A stretch of DNA of 64,000 bases from Squalus acanthias (GCA_030390025.1 CM059431.1:156614001-156678000); one strand, 5' to 3'; shown: positions 12,621 to 25,515, numbered from the stretch's first letter. The notes: generated by a model not told the origin, from the sequence alone. Program-made: numbers and translations.

Positions 12621-14339
12621 CTGAGCATTTTACATTTGTGTAGCACGAGCTCCAACTGATGGATGCCTTCAACTTGTATTCAACAGGTACTAAGATTAAA
12701 CTCTTCAATCTGTTCAACGGCCATTAGTGCGTTTGACAGAACCGCACAGTCAGAAGGTTTAAGAGGGAACTGTGCGAATTTGATTGTCATTATCGATGTT
12801 ATTGCGGCCTTCATCAGTTGTATGTCTCCAAATTCATGAAAATAATGCAATATTTTAAGAATGTTCTTTGGCTTTGCCCATCTTCCATGCCCTGAACACA
12901 AATTCGGACATTTTCTGTGAGCCAATCCGAAACACACGTGGGTGCCTCAGATGGAAATTCCCCCAATTTTCTTTTAAGCTGATCAGTTGAATTCCGTGAG
13001 GATAGACCGACAAGAAACCGTGAAAATGTCTTAAATCAGTCGTCAGTGCACACGTGCCATTCTGTGAGCAATCGTGTCAGATCATTTCCTGGTGTAATTG
13101 GATATTTCATCAGTGCAGCGACAAAGTCCCGCAAAACGGAATGAGTGAATGTGTCGACAACACTACACAGATCATTGTCTCGAATTTCTATCATAAACGC
13201 CGAGATAACATTGGAAAGTTCCAGCCTGTGGCGATTGATTTGTTCTTTCTTGAACACAACGTTTTTGTTGCAAAGTCCCTTGTACGCTAACTCGCCCAGT
13301 TTGAGCACCGTATCGCGAGAGGTCTTCGTCTCACAGCCGCATCTCTCCAAAAGGATTGTGACGTACGCAGAGAACACCCGTGTGCTGGTTATGACGAAAA
13401 ATGTTCTCCCCCGCGCTCCTTGTGCCCGTCGTGACTCGAATAATGAAGCGAGGATCGAGCAGTACAGAGGATTATAGCACATGGTGTGCAATGTCTCATT
13501 CTGCTCAATGTACTCAATTACATCTGTCGCAAACTGCTCATCTCCAAAATAAAGGCGAAAGTACTGTTTTATTTTCTCAGAGGTGAAACTCAGGATTTCC
13601 GCTGTTGGAATTATGTTGGCCTTTTCCAGATACCCCAGTTTCCACGGACGGCTTGTGATCAGTACTGAGCAACCTCTGAGCAGCTCTCCCTGTATGAGAC
13701 AGCGCACGATGTCTGACACATCACAGCAGCACTCAGGACCGAAACACTGATATTGGGGTTCGTTGTTTCTCTGAAGATCTGTGAAATCGATGGGTTGCCG
13801 AAATTCATCTAAATCATCAAACATGAACAATATTTTTTCGGGTTTTTTCCACAAAAGTTCCAACTCAATTTCGAAATCGGGGTAGGAATCCAGGATCAGG
13901 CTATTTAGACATGTTTTTCCTTTTATTAAATTCAGTTGTTGAACTTTAAAAGGGAAGACAAATTTAAACTCTTGGTATATCTTCACTGCGGCCCAATCAT
14001 GGATTATCTTCTGCATCATGGTGCTTTTCCCAATCCCCGGGGCCCCAATTACCGCAGTTGTCCCCGACCTGCCTGATTCAGCGAAACTCAACAGTTGATC
14101 CAGCTGAATCACCTCCAGTTCATTTTCGATGTTTTCCCTCTGTAATTCTTCACGCTCTCTACCTCGGGCCTGCAGTTCATTTCCCACCAGTCTCCGCTCA
14201 CGCAGGGAATGACCAATCGTTACATTAGTATATTTTTCATCCAGAAAATATCTTCGGGATCTTTCTTTCTCTACAGTGGTTTTGACTGTTATTTTCTCGT
14301 TCTGTTTGCGGAGAGTGTCTTTGTGCTGTCGTTCTATCT
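12621..14339 (-). pseudogene. NLR NACHT exon (FISNA-like region, NACHT, helical domains, first LRR)
   Basis: Starts IERQHKDTLR; Walker A GAPGIGKS, Walker B ILFMFDDLDEF, sensor-1 VLITSRP, CYNPLYC, FTHSVLRDFVAA; after the stop at 13036 homology continues (FSRFLVGLSS; ILHYFHE; KPSDCAVLS; LHKCKMLR) to an AG|gtaatt donor. Confidence 0.93.
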
Positions 14340-14649
14340 CTTGAATATGAACAAAGTCATTGGTGTCGTCATTGTAATTCAGGAGAAATATATTTAACAG
14401 ATCAGTGCTATGAAGGAGATAATAAACTTCAAGAAATATAAAAAAAACAATTTGTCTCAGGAATGAGTGATCCCTTAATTATTTTACACTTTGCTGCCCA
14501 GGCCCTCATAGAATAAAAACAAATTAAATTTCTGAAGTGCCAGGAAAATGTAGCATGAAGCAAGCTTGAGGAATGTGGGCCGTTTGCTGTTGGATTTTGA
14601 GCTCCAATAATGAAAAATTCGAAACTTCGATATAAATTGCAAAGTAAAT

Positions 14650-15045
14650 GTTGCTGCTATTTTATGTCCACAGGCCAGCTGGGTTATGAACGACTCCTGG
14701 TTTCGTCGTGTAACAAACGATGTTGGGGAACCGCGGGTCTGGGCAGGAAAGGAGTACCTTCATTACATTCTAACCCCGGGGATTGCATTTGTTCTGATTC
14801 TGCTGCTCAATGCTTTAACCGTTAGAAACATTTTAGTGGCCAGGGGAGCCAGCAGAAGTCTACGGGGTCAGAGCAGTGGGGAAAATCGCAGAGACCCAGA
14901 GATGGAGAGCCGAATGAAATCCGTCATTTTACTGTTTGTTAGGTTTGGAAATTTCAAATTCTTATGATCAGTCTTTATGGTGTCTTATATTTGGTGGCTA
15001 ATCTGTTTTTTTGCGTATCAGTCTGTATTACTACCTAGTTTTTTT
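14650..15045 (+). pseudogene. Fragment (TM5-ICL3-TM6) of a GPR139-like rhodopsin-family GPCR
   Basis: LHYILTPGIAFVLILLLNALTVRNILVA...GENRRDPEMESRMKSVILLF resembles the shark GPR139-like family; internal stop at 14965-14967; no TM1-4 recognised. Confidence 0.75.
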
Positions 15046-15894
15046 TTAAGAAGTTTGCTATTCTTTTCTTTATATATCTGCACACACACAAAAGTATTTA
15101 CAAGTATATATACAAAAAATACAGATGTAAACATACATTGGTATCAAAATATGAATTTACCATTTTTTGAAGCGCAGTGGAGATTTCTTAAACCCACAAA
15201 TACTGGTAATGCCCATGGTGAATCCTCCGCTCCAAATAGGTAAACACATTATGAGGCCACAGCAGGACAAAAACGGCATCAAGTCAGGCCGGCCGGTATT
15301 CAGTTCTATTGGTAAATGAAAGGCAACATCGGACCGAGCCCATAACGGGCGGCAGATGTAACACCGGACGTTTTACTTCCCCGCCCAATTCAATTTGCAT
15401 CCACATGATGTTAAACTAACCAATTTCACAATAAGTCAGAACCAGTCAGCTTGCCTACATGCACTGCCACGTTGATGAATGAAAAATTGAATTTCGATAC
15501 GTTTACTAAAATATGGCATGTAAATTGTGCGATATCAATAACGTTTTGCGAAACAAGTCGAAATAATCCGTACTGACCTCATTCTATGTTATGTCATTGT
15601 TTGGTTATGTTGTAATTTTAGAGTTGTCAAATATAAGTGATACGGGCTGAAATTGGACATGGGTGGGGGACGCAATAAAACCTGTTATTGCATCGACCGC
15701 CTGTTATAAGCTCCGCCCAATATTCAAATCCATTGACTTTAATAGAACCGATAATCAGGCGTGTGTTCGAAGTATTTCAACAAGCTTTCTACCCTAAAAT
15801 CCAGTATGAGCTTCAGTGTCAAATTATGTTTGCAACTCGGGATGGTTTACTTCGTTAATGGCGCTATTTAAATACAAGTTGTTGTTGATCTCAG

Positions 15895-17575
15895 GTGCGT
15901 ATGCGGATTTACAGCGTATCAGGATCCTCACATTTGTGTTCAATGATTAACAGCGTGTCTACATTCATCCATTTTAAGAGAGTATCAGGATCCTGCCGGG
16001 TGTGTATAGTATTTCTTTGTGTTTCGGGATCCTGCCAGGTTGTGTATCGGGATTCACAGTGTAACAGGATCCTGCCAGGTGTGTATGGGTTTTCACAGTG
16101 TATCGGGTTCCTGCCAGGTGTGTATTCGGATTCACAGTGTGTGAGGTTAATGACAGGTGTTAATGGGGTTTCAAACTAAATCAGGATCCTTCAAGTTATG
16201 TCATAGAGTCATAAACTCATAGAGTCATAACGGCAGAGAAGGTGGCCATTCGTCCCATGGAGTTCCTGCTGGCTCTCTGTAGAGCGAACCACTCAGTCTC
16301 ATTCCCCCGCTCTATTCCCTTAGCCTTGCAAGTTTATTTCCCTCAAGTGCCTATCGAGTCTCCCCTTGAAAACATTGAGTGTGTCCGCTTCCAACATTTC
16401 CGTCGGCAGCGAGTTCCAGGTCCTCACCACTCGCTGCGTAAAAAAAGTATTTCCTCACGTGCCACCTGCCTCTCTTGCCCGAGACCTTAAATCTGTGTCC
16501 CCTAGTCCTTGTACCATCAACTAGTTGGAACAGCTTTTCCCCGTCTAGCCTATCCATACCCGGCATAATCTTGTACACCTCAATCAAATATGTATGCAGT
16601 TTCACTGTATATCGTGATATGCCAGTTGCGTGTGGCCTTCCAAAGCGTATCCGGCTCCTGTTAGGAATGTATGGGGTATCACATTTTGTCGGTTTCAATT
16701 GTGGTATTTACGTTTTTAACAGTTTGTCAGGATCCTACCAATTGTATATACGTATTCGCAGTTTATCAGGATTCTACTGGTGATGTTCATGGATTCAAAG
16801 CGTATAAGGATCCTGTCTGGTGTATTTGGGGTTTCAGATTGTAACGAGATTCTGCGAAATATATATGGGTTTTTAAATTATTTTCTGATTCCGCCACATG
16901 TGTAAGGGTTTATACAGAATATATGGAATCCTGCTAGGTGTGTATATGTTTCCCAGTGTATAGGTATCGTGCCAGTTTTTTTATGGGGTTTCACAGTGTA
17001 ACAGGATCCTACCACGTGTACGTATGTGGTTTCACAGTGTAACAGAATCCTAACTGGTGTGTATGGGATTTCAAAGTATTTCAGGATTTGGAAGATAGGC
17101 AATCGGTTTTTTAATATTCACATTTCTGCTTGATGTCTATTGGGTTTCACAGTTTATTGTTTCCTGCTAGGTTTATATTGTTGTTCAAAGTGCATCAACA
17201 TACTACCTGGCAGGGTTTGGTGTTCGCCAGTGTATCGGGATCCTGCATCGTGTGTATGGGGATTCACAGTGTATCGGGATCCTGCCTTGTGGGATTCAGA
17301 GTGTATCGGGATCCTGCCAGGTGTGTAAGTTGTTCACAATATATCAGGAACCGCCACGTCTGTATAGGGTTTCACAATGTGTGAGGTTATTGAAAGTGTT
17401 GACGGGGTTTCAAAGTACATCTGGATCCTTCAAGATATGTTTGCGATTTCACTTTACTCGTGATATGACATTTGCTTGTGGGCTTTCAAAGTGCATTATG
17501 ATCCTGCCAGGAATTTATGGCTTTTAACATTTTGTCGGTATCATTTCAGTTATCTACGGGTTTAGCTGTGTACAG
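15895..17575. repeat. 39-bp minisatellite array (same family as 100-870), interrupted by a CR1 3' fragment
   Basis: Repeated GGATCCTGCCAGGTGTGTATGGG units. Confidence 0.85.
16200..16590 (-). mobile_element. CR1 3' end inserted in the minisatellite
   Basis: LIEVYKIM..RTRGHRFK motif and (TCATAGAG)n tail. Confidence 0.85.
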
Positions 17576-17599
17576 AGAATGATTTAATAATGTGGGCTT

Positions 17600-20500
17600 G
17601 AACAGAGTGTTTTATTGGGGAAATTGAAAAGGAGGAACTCGGAGAAGAGGGGGAAGGAGTTGTTGGTTTTTTGCCGACACTACTGGTAGTTCTCTATGTT
17701 AAAGGTAGATATTTAATTTCAGTACCGTAACTTAATCTAAATCAAGCAAGTCGTCAAGCAACTACACGGTAAACTAAGTTACCTAACTACAAATTAAATT
17801 ACATTTTGTTAAATAGAACAAGGTCATATATTGATGGCAGTGTAGGCGGCATTCCCCAACTGATGCATGTGGGCGTTTGAGGAGAGCATTGTGATCCCGC
17901 ATAACCACGTTTGCAGTAAGTGCCTGCATCGTGAGGAACCTCAACTCAGAGTTTTTGAGCGGGAGTCTGAGGTGCATAAATTGTGTGGCATCAGGGATGG
18001 GCAGAGTTATCTGGACACTTTGATCCAGAAGGTAATCGCACACCTTAGGTGTGGTACAGGTCTGGTTAGTGGTCAGGGACAGGAGGGTGTGACTGCATTT
18101 CAGGCAGGTAAGGGGATCTCACATGCAGTGCTGGAGAAGCCTCAGCCTTTGCCCTTGTCCAACAGGTATGAGGATCTTGCTGCCTGTGTGGATGAGGGAA
18201 AAACCTGCAGGATGGATTAGCAAACTGACCATGGCACCATGGTGCAGGTGGACATTCAACTGGGGTGGAGTGAAAATGAATGTAGTTGTGCTAGGCGACA
18301 GAAAACTGAAGGGGATAGATACTGTTTTCTTCAGCCACGACGAGAGTTACGAAGTTTGTCTTGCCTGACCGGTGCCAGGGTTAAATGCATCTCCTCGCGG
18401 CTGGAGAACAACTTGGAGTGGAAGGGGGAGGATGCAGTTGGTTTGGTCCATGTAGGAGCCATTCACATAGATGTAACTAGGAATGAGGTATTGCTGGAAC
18501 ATTATGAGGAGCTAGGATCCAAATTTAAATGCAGCAAGTCAAAGCTAATAATCTTTGAAACTTAGCATAGGGACAAACAGATTCGAGGTTTAAATGCGTG
18601 GCTCAAAGAGTGGTGTGGGAAGAAGGGTTTTCAGTTCTTGGGGCACTGGTACCAGTACTGGGGAAAGACTTTGCTGTTTCGTTGGAATGGGTTCCACTTA
18701 CACTGGGCTGGGACCAATGTCCTGATTAACCGAATAACTACGCAGTAGACAGGGTTTTAAACTAATGAAGCGGCGTGGAAGATTCAGGAAGAGTAAATTT
18801 AAAAGCGGCGACAGTTTTGGTAAATATACGCACAGTGCATCAGGAAGGGTCAGAGAGAGTAATAAAGTAATACGGCATCAGCGATCAAGGAAACATCAGG
18901 GAAGATTAGAAATAAGTCAAATCCAAAGGCACTATATCTGAAGGCACGAAGCATTTGCAATAAAATAGATGAATTATTAGCGCAGATGGATATTAACAGT
19001 TTTGATCTAATATCCATAATGAAGACGTGGTTGCAAAGTGGCCAAGGTTGAGAACGAAATATTCCTGGATACTTATCTTTTAGAATAGATAGGCAACATG
19101 GAAAAGGAGCAGGAGTCGCCCTGATAATAAAGGATGGCGTAAAGACTGCAGAGAATAGGATCTTAGCAAAGAAAATCAAGAAGTTAGAACCAGTTTGGGT
19201 GGAGATAAGAAACAGCAAGTGGCAGAATACATTGGTGGAAATTGTTTAAGGGCCCCCAAACGGTAGTTATAACGAAGGGAAGGGTATGATCCAGAAAATT
19301 AGAGGAAGCATGCAACAAGGGTAATAAAGTGATCATGGGGGACTGTTATCTATATATAGACTGGGCAAACCAAATTTACAGTAATAGTGTGGAAGTCGAA
19401 TTTTTGAATGTATGAATAGGGAGTTTTCTACAACACTGGCCAAGCGGGCGGAGGGCTGCGATTTGGAAAAATCTGCGCCTCGACCAGAGGGCTCCCGGGA
19501 GGCGCAGAATTCCGCTGCTGTGCCTCTTCAAACTAGCGGTGTGCAGGGCACGCATATCCCAGAGGCGCAGGTGGTTCGCAGCTTCGCTGGGATCACGTTT
19601 GCCATGGTGAGCCAATCAGAGCAGGGAATCTCCATTCATAGATTTGAAAGGAAGACCTGTCAAATTTATGAATACAGATCAGCTCCAAAACATGAGTAAA
19701 ACTTCAAATACTTTTTTTTTAAAGTCACATTTTTAAATTGACTATAAATTACAGAAATTAATTATTTCAGACAAAAATTACAATTTTTGAAAAAAATTAT
19801 TAAAGTTTTTAACGGGGCTAAAAAGAAACGTAACTTTCTTTAAAGTATTTTAAAAAGATAAACCTGTGGAAATATAGTTTTTTTTTACTTTCTTAAACTA
19901 TTAGCCTAGTAAAAGCAGGACTTGCGTCTGCTTTTCTCGCGCAGCTATTCCCGACATACCTGGACTGAAGCAACTGTGGAAAAAAAACGGAAGATTCTGC
20001 CGTACGCGCTGCCTATCCAGCGCACGCGTTTGACCTGTGAAGCTCTTTCCACAGAGAACGGAAGTTCTGGTTTCCAGCGCATGCGCGGTGCATGAGTAAA
20101 CCGGCACTTCCGTTGGCCCTGCGGGTGAGTGCACAGCTCGTACACACCCGTAGGAAACGGAATTTCTAGGCCATTATGTTGAGGAACCAACTAGGGAACA
20201 GATTAGTTTAGATCTAATATTGTGCTATGAGAATAGGTTAATTAATAACCTTGGAGTAAAGGGGACTTTAGGGAAGAATGAGCTTAACATAATGAGAATT
20301 TTATATTGTCTTTGAAAGTGATTACATAAATCCAAAACTAGGGTCTTAAATCTAAACAAATCAAACTGCTTATGTATTATGGGCGAGTTGGCCAAGGTAG
20401 ATTGGGAAAATGCATTAAAAGATATGACAGTGGACGTACAATGGCTAGCATTTAAAGAATTATTACATAATTTACAACAAATATACATTCCTTTAAGGCA

Positions 20501-21800
20501 AACAAAAACCCACAAGGAAAGTGTCCAACCGTGGTTAACAAGAGAAGTTAAAGATAATATTACATCAAAGGAAGAGGCTTATAATGTAACCAAAAGAGTA
20601 GTAAGCCTGAGGATTGGGAGGATTTTAGAATTCAGCATAGAAGTACCAAGAAATTGACTAAGAAATGGAAATAGAGTATGACAGTAAATTAGCGTGAGAT
20701 ATAAAAACAGGCTGTAAAAGCTTCTATAGTTGTGTTAAAAATAGCAAAGCTTAGCGAAATTAAATGTGAGTCCTTTACACGCTGTGACAGGATCAATTAC
20801 AATGTGGAATAAGGAAATGGCAGAGAAATTAAAAAAATACTTTGTGTCTGTCTTCAGGGAAGTAGACGAAAAAAACTTCCCAAAAATACTGCAGAACCAA
20901 GCATCTAGCAAGATGAGGAACTGAAAGAAATTAGGATTAGTAAAAAAAAAGTACTGCAGAAATGAAGAGGACTGATTGCCGATGGCCTGATGGCCTACAT
21001 CTCAGGGTTTTCAAAGAGTTGGCAATAGAGATCGTGGATGCATTGGTTGTCATTTTCCAAAATTCCATAGGTTGTGAAACGTTTCCCATGGATTGGAAGG
21101 TAGCAAATGTAACCCCACTATTTAAGAAAGGAGGGAGAGAGAAAACGTGGAAATACAGACCAGTTAACCTAACATCAGTAGTGGGGAAAATGCTAGAATC
21201 TATCATTAAGGTCGTGGTAATAGGGCACTTATGAAACTATAATAGAATTGGGCAGATTCAGCAGGGATTTATGAAAGGGAAATCGTGTTTGATGAATCTG
21301 TTACAGTTTTTTGTGGTTATAACTAACAGAATCGATAAGGGTGAACCAGTGGATATGTTGCATTTGTTTTTTGAGAAGATATTCGATAAGGTGCCACAGC
21401 GGAGGTTATTAAACAAAATTAGTGCTCATGGATTGGGGGCAATATACTAGCATGGATTGAGGAGTGGTTAACGGACCGAAAAAAGAAATCAGGAATAAAC
21501 GGGTCATTTTCGGGTTGGCAGGCTGTACCTATGGGGTACCGCAAGTATCAGTGTTTGGGCCTCAGCTATTCATAATCTACATCAATGAATTGGATGAGGG
21601 GACCAAATGTAATATATCCAAGTTTGCTGATGATACAAAACTAGGTGGGGATGTAAGTTGTGAGGAAGATACAAGGTGCCTTCAAGGGGATATAGATAGG
21701 CTAAGAGAGTGTGCAAGGAATTTCAAATGGCACATAATGTGGAGAAATGAGAAGTTATTCACTTTAGTTGGGAAAATAGAAAAGCAGAGAATCTTTTGAA
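17600..21800 (+). mobile_element. Old near full-length CR1 (ORF1 zinc finger/esterase remnant and ORF2 APE-RT), interrupted by a MITE
   Basis: MWAF..HVCSKC, LPLSNRYE, CLTGARV, LVHVG ORF1 remnants; WKVANVTPLFKKG and FADDTKL ORF2 motifs; many stops. Confidence 0.85.
19438..20172. mobile_element. Non-autonomous DNA transposon (Harbinger/PIF-like MITE)
   Basis: GGCC termini, interrupts CR1 endonuclease sequence, internal similarity to 32466-33228. Confidence 0.65.
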
Positions 21801-22227
21801 TCGTGGAAGATTATTCACAGTGGCAGAAGGTTGGGAGTGGTGTTCCACAAGCATCAGTGCTGGGACAAATGCTGCTCACAATTTTTATTAATAATTTATA
21901 CTTTGAAATCTTATACACATTTTCTCAATTTACGGATGACGCCAAATAGCATGATGGGTTAGGGGGGGCTGTATAGTCAATACTGAGGAGGACTACAACA
22001 AGTTACAGGTGGACATTAATAAACTTGCACAAAGGGCATATAATTGGCAAATAAAGTTCAACACATATAAATGTGAGGTATTACATTTTGGTAGGAAGAA
22101 TAGCAAGGTCACATATAACTTAGAGTGTGCGAGTCTGAGTGAGGTGGAGGAACAAAGGCTTCTCAGAGTACAAGTACACACAATACTAAAACTTGCGACA
22201 CAGGTTAGCAACACCATAAAAAAGCAA

Positions 22228-22620
22228 TGATGCGGAGATGCCGGTGTTGCACTGGGGTGGACAAAAATGAGAAGTCGCACAACACCAGGTTATAGTCCAA
22301 CAGTTTTATTTGAAATCACAAGCTTTCGGAGCTTACGTGGCCCCTTCCTCAGGTGAAGTAAAGAGATACAGAATCGCCAAAGCATATATAGATAGAGAAC
22401 AATGCATGTGTTACTAACAAAAGCGGACGACTACATTTAAATCATCCTGACTGTAGTGTTCTGCTTTTGTAAGTAACACATGCATTGTTCTCTATCTATA
22501 TATGCTTTGGCGATTCTGTATCTCTTTACTTCACCTGAGGAAGGGGCCACGTAAGCTCCGAAAGCTTGTGATTTCAAATAAAACTGTTGGACTATAACCT
22601 GGTGTTGTGCGACTTCTCAT
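22228..22620. mobile_element. Palindromic Penelope-like terminal insertion
   Basis: 22267-22415 is the exact reverse complement of 22472-22620; PLE-type end sequence; CATAAAAAA(G)CAA on both flanks. Confidence 0.85.
22531..22571 (+). ncRNA. Minimal type I hammerhead ribozyme motif (PLE-associated); mirror copy at 22316-22356 on the minus strand
   Basis: TCAC-CTGAGGA-(A)GGGGC/GCTCC stem II-GAAA-GCTT-GTGA fits the CUGANGA..GAAA core with palindromic AGCT stem III. Confidence 0.65.
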
Positions 22621-23444
22621 AAAAAACAAACCCAGTTCTATGGTTAATTTCTAGAAGAATACAAATGAAAAGTGGGGAAGTTATGCTTAACCTGTACCGA
22701 ACCTTCGTCAGATCACACTAAGAGTACTGTGTACAGTTTTGGTCGCCATATTACAAAAAGGATATAGATGAACTGGAGAGTGTGCAGAGTACATTTACAT
22801 GGATGATACCAGAAGCGCGAGGGTATATATATCAGGAAAGGATGAACAGGCTGGGTCTCTTTTCTCTTGAAAAAAGAAGGCTGAGGGGTGACCTAATAGA
22901 TGTCTTTAAAATGATGAAATGTTTTGATCGAGTGGATACAGAGAGAATGTTTCCACTTTTGGGGAATTGCAGAACTAGAGGTCATCAATATGAGATAGTC
23001 ACCAAGAAATCCAATAGGGAATTCAGAAGAAACTTCTTTACCCAAAGGGTGGTGAGAATGTGGAACTCGCGACCACAGGGAGTGGTTGAAGCAAAAAGTA
23101 CAGCTGCATTTAAGGGGAGGCTGGACAAGAATATGAGAGAGCGGGGAGGATTATACTTTCAGGTTTTAGTGAGGGAAAATGGGAGGACGCTCGATGGAGC
23201 ATAAAGGACAACACGGACTGGTTGGGAAGAATCGCCTGTTTCTGTGCCGTATATCCTATGTAACCGCATATAACTATAAAAATAAGAAGCTGCCATATTT
23301 GGGAGTGCAGTGGAGCTTTATTACACGCACGAAAATCAGGAATATGCATGTTGAAACCTTCGCTTCTAATAGGTAAACACTTTATAGGAACAGAGCAGCA
23401 CACACTTCAATCCGCCATGTAGTCAGTTCTATTGAAGTCAATCG

Positions 23445-23880
23445 TAGAATCATAGAATCATAGAATCTTAGAAGATAGGAGCAGGAGTTGGCCACTCGTC
23501 CCCTCCAGCCTGCTCCGCCATTCAATGCGATCATGGCTGATCATCCAAATTCAGTACCCTGTCCCTGCTTTCTCCCCATATCCCTTGACCCGTTTTAGCC
23601 TTAAGAAATATATCCAAGTCCTTCTTCAATCTATTTAATGAATTGGCCTCTACTGCCTTCTATGGCAGAGAATTCCACAGGTTCACCACTCTCTGGTTGA
23701 AGAAATTCCACCTCATTTTTGTCCTAAATGTCTTACCCCTTATCCTTAGACTGTGACCACTGTTTCAGGACTCCCCGACCATCGGGAACATCCTTCCTGC
23801 ATCTAGTTTGTCCTGTCATGTCAGAATTTTATAAGTTTCAATGAGATCCCCTCTCATTCTTCTAAACTCCAGCGAGTATA
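23445..23880 (-). mobile_element. CR1 3' end
   Basis: (ATCATAGA)n tail and CR1 3' UTR; similar to the 3' end of 56193-59062. Confidence 0.85.
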
Positions 23881-23889
23881 AATATTCAT

Positions 23890-25515
23890 CATAACGTCCT
23901 TCCTGTTGTATTCTATGCCTCTATTTACGAAGCTCAGGATACTTTATATATTTAACTGCTTTCTCAACCTGCCAACTTCAACGATTTGCGTACATGCACA
24001 CCCAGGTCTCCCTGCTGATTCACCCCCTTTAGAATTGTGCCCTTTAGTTTATATTGCCTTTCCTCGTTATTCCTCCCACAATGTATCAAGTGGCACGTTT
24101 CTGTGTTAAATTTCAGCTGTAAGGAGAACACCATTCCAGCAGCCTATCTCTGTCATCTTGAATTATATCACTACTCTCCTCAATGTTCAATATACTTTCA
24201 AGTTGCGTGCCATCAGCAAATCTTGAAATTGTGCACGGTACAACCAAGTCCAAGTCATGAACATATCTATCCAGAAAAGCAGTGTTCCTAGTACCGACTC
24301 CTGAGAAATACCACTGTATACCTTCCTCCAGTCCGCATAACAACTTTTGTCCTAAATGTCTTACCCCTTATCCTTAGACTGTGACCACTGTTTCAGGACT
24401 CCCCGACCATCGGGAACATCCTTCGGGTGGGGCCGGGTTCGGGTCGGGTGGGGCCGGGTTCGGGTGGGGTCAGTTCGGGTGGGGCCGGGGTCGGGTGGGG
24501 TCAGTTCGGGTGGTGTCGGGTGGGGCCGGGTTCGGGTCGGGTGGAGCCGGTGTCGGGTGGGGCCGCGGTCGGGGTCGGGGTCGGGTGGGGCCGCGGTCTG
24601 GTGGGGCCGGGGGTGGGGCCGGGGTCGGTGGCGGGTCGGGCGGGGCCACTGCTCTCTGTTTTCTGCCACTTAGTAAATTTCATATCCATGCTTCCACTGC
24701 CACTTTTATTCCGTTTGTTTCGACATTGTTGACAAGCCTATTATATTGCAATTTTTCAAACGCATTTGGAAGTCCATGATCACCACATCAACCGCATTGC
24801 CCTCACCACCTTCTCTGTTACTGCATCAGAAAACTCCACCAATTTAGTTAAACACGGTTTGCCTTTGCCATTCCGTGCTTACTTTCCTCAATCAATCCAC
24901 ACTTGTCCAAGTGATTGTTAGTTTTGTCCCAGATTATCTTTTCTAAAAGTTTCCCCACTACCGATGTTAAACTGAATGATCTGTAGTTGCTGGGTTTAAC
25001 CTTAAACACTTTTTGGAACAAGGGTGTAAAATTCCAGTACTTCTGTCCTCTGGCACCACCACCGTATCTCAGGAGAATCAGAAGATTATGGCCAGTAACT
25101 CCGCAATTTCCACCCTTACCGCCCTTAGTATCCTAGGATGCATCCCATCTGGTCCTGGTAACTTCTCAACTTTAAGTTTAGACAGCCTTTCGGGTACCTC
25201 CTCTTTATCAAATTTATATTCCATCCAGTATCTCAACTACCTCCGCTTTCACTTTGACTTTGCCAGCATCTTCTTTCTTGGTGAAGACAGATGCAATGTA
25301 CACATTTAGTACCTTCGCCATGCCCTGTGCCTCCATACGTAGGTGTCCTTTTCGGTCCCTCATCGACCCACTCATACACTTACCACACGTTTCCTATTTA
25401 TATGCCTATAGAAGACTTCTGGATTCCCTTCCATGTTAGCTGCCAGTCTATTTTCATAGTCTATCTATGCCTCTCTTATATCGGTTTTTCCTTCCCGTCT
25501 TAAATTTCTATCTTC
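23890..25515 (-). mobile_element. Old CR1 RT fragment (paralogous copy at ~45110-47220)
   Basis: ISRFADGTQL-type remnants; shares its right junction sequence with the copy ending at ~47220. Confidence 0.75.
24425..24647 (+). repeat. G-rich low-complexity tandem repeat (GGGTGGGGCCGGGTTC-like)
   Basis: Dense runs of 3-5 G separated by 1-4 nt. Confidence 0.9.

Larger units (their letters stand above)
21810..23270 (+). mobile_element. CR1 RT C-terminus and 3' UTR, interrupted by a Penelope hairpin
   Basis: KCEVLHFG, LGLFSLEKRRLRGDLI, FFTQRVV motifs. Confidence 0.85.

Noticed and set aside
24356..24779. Gly/Arg/Pro-rich ORFs
   Set aside because: Translations of the G-rich low-complexity repeat
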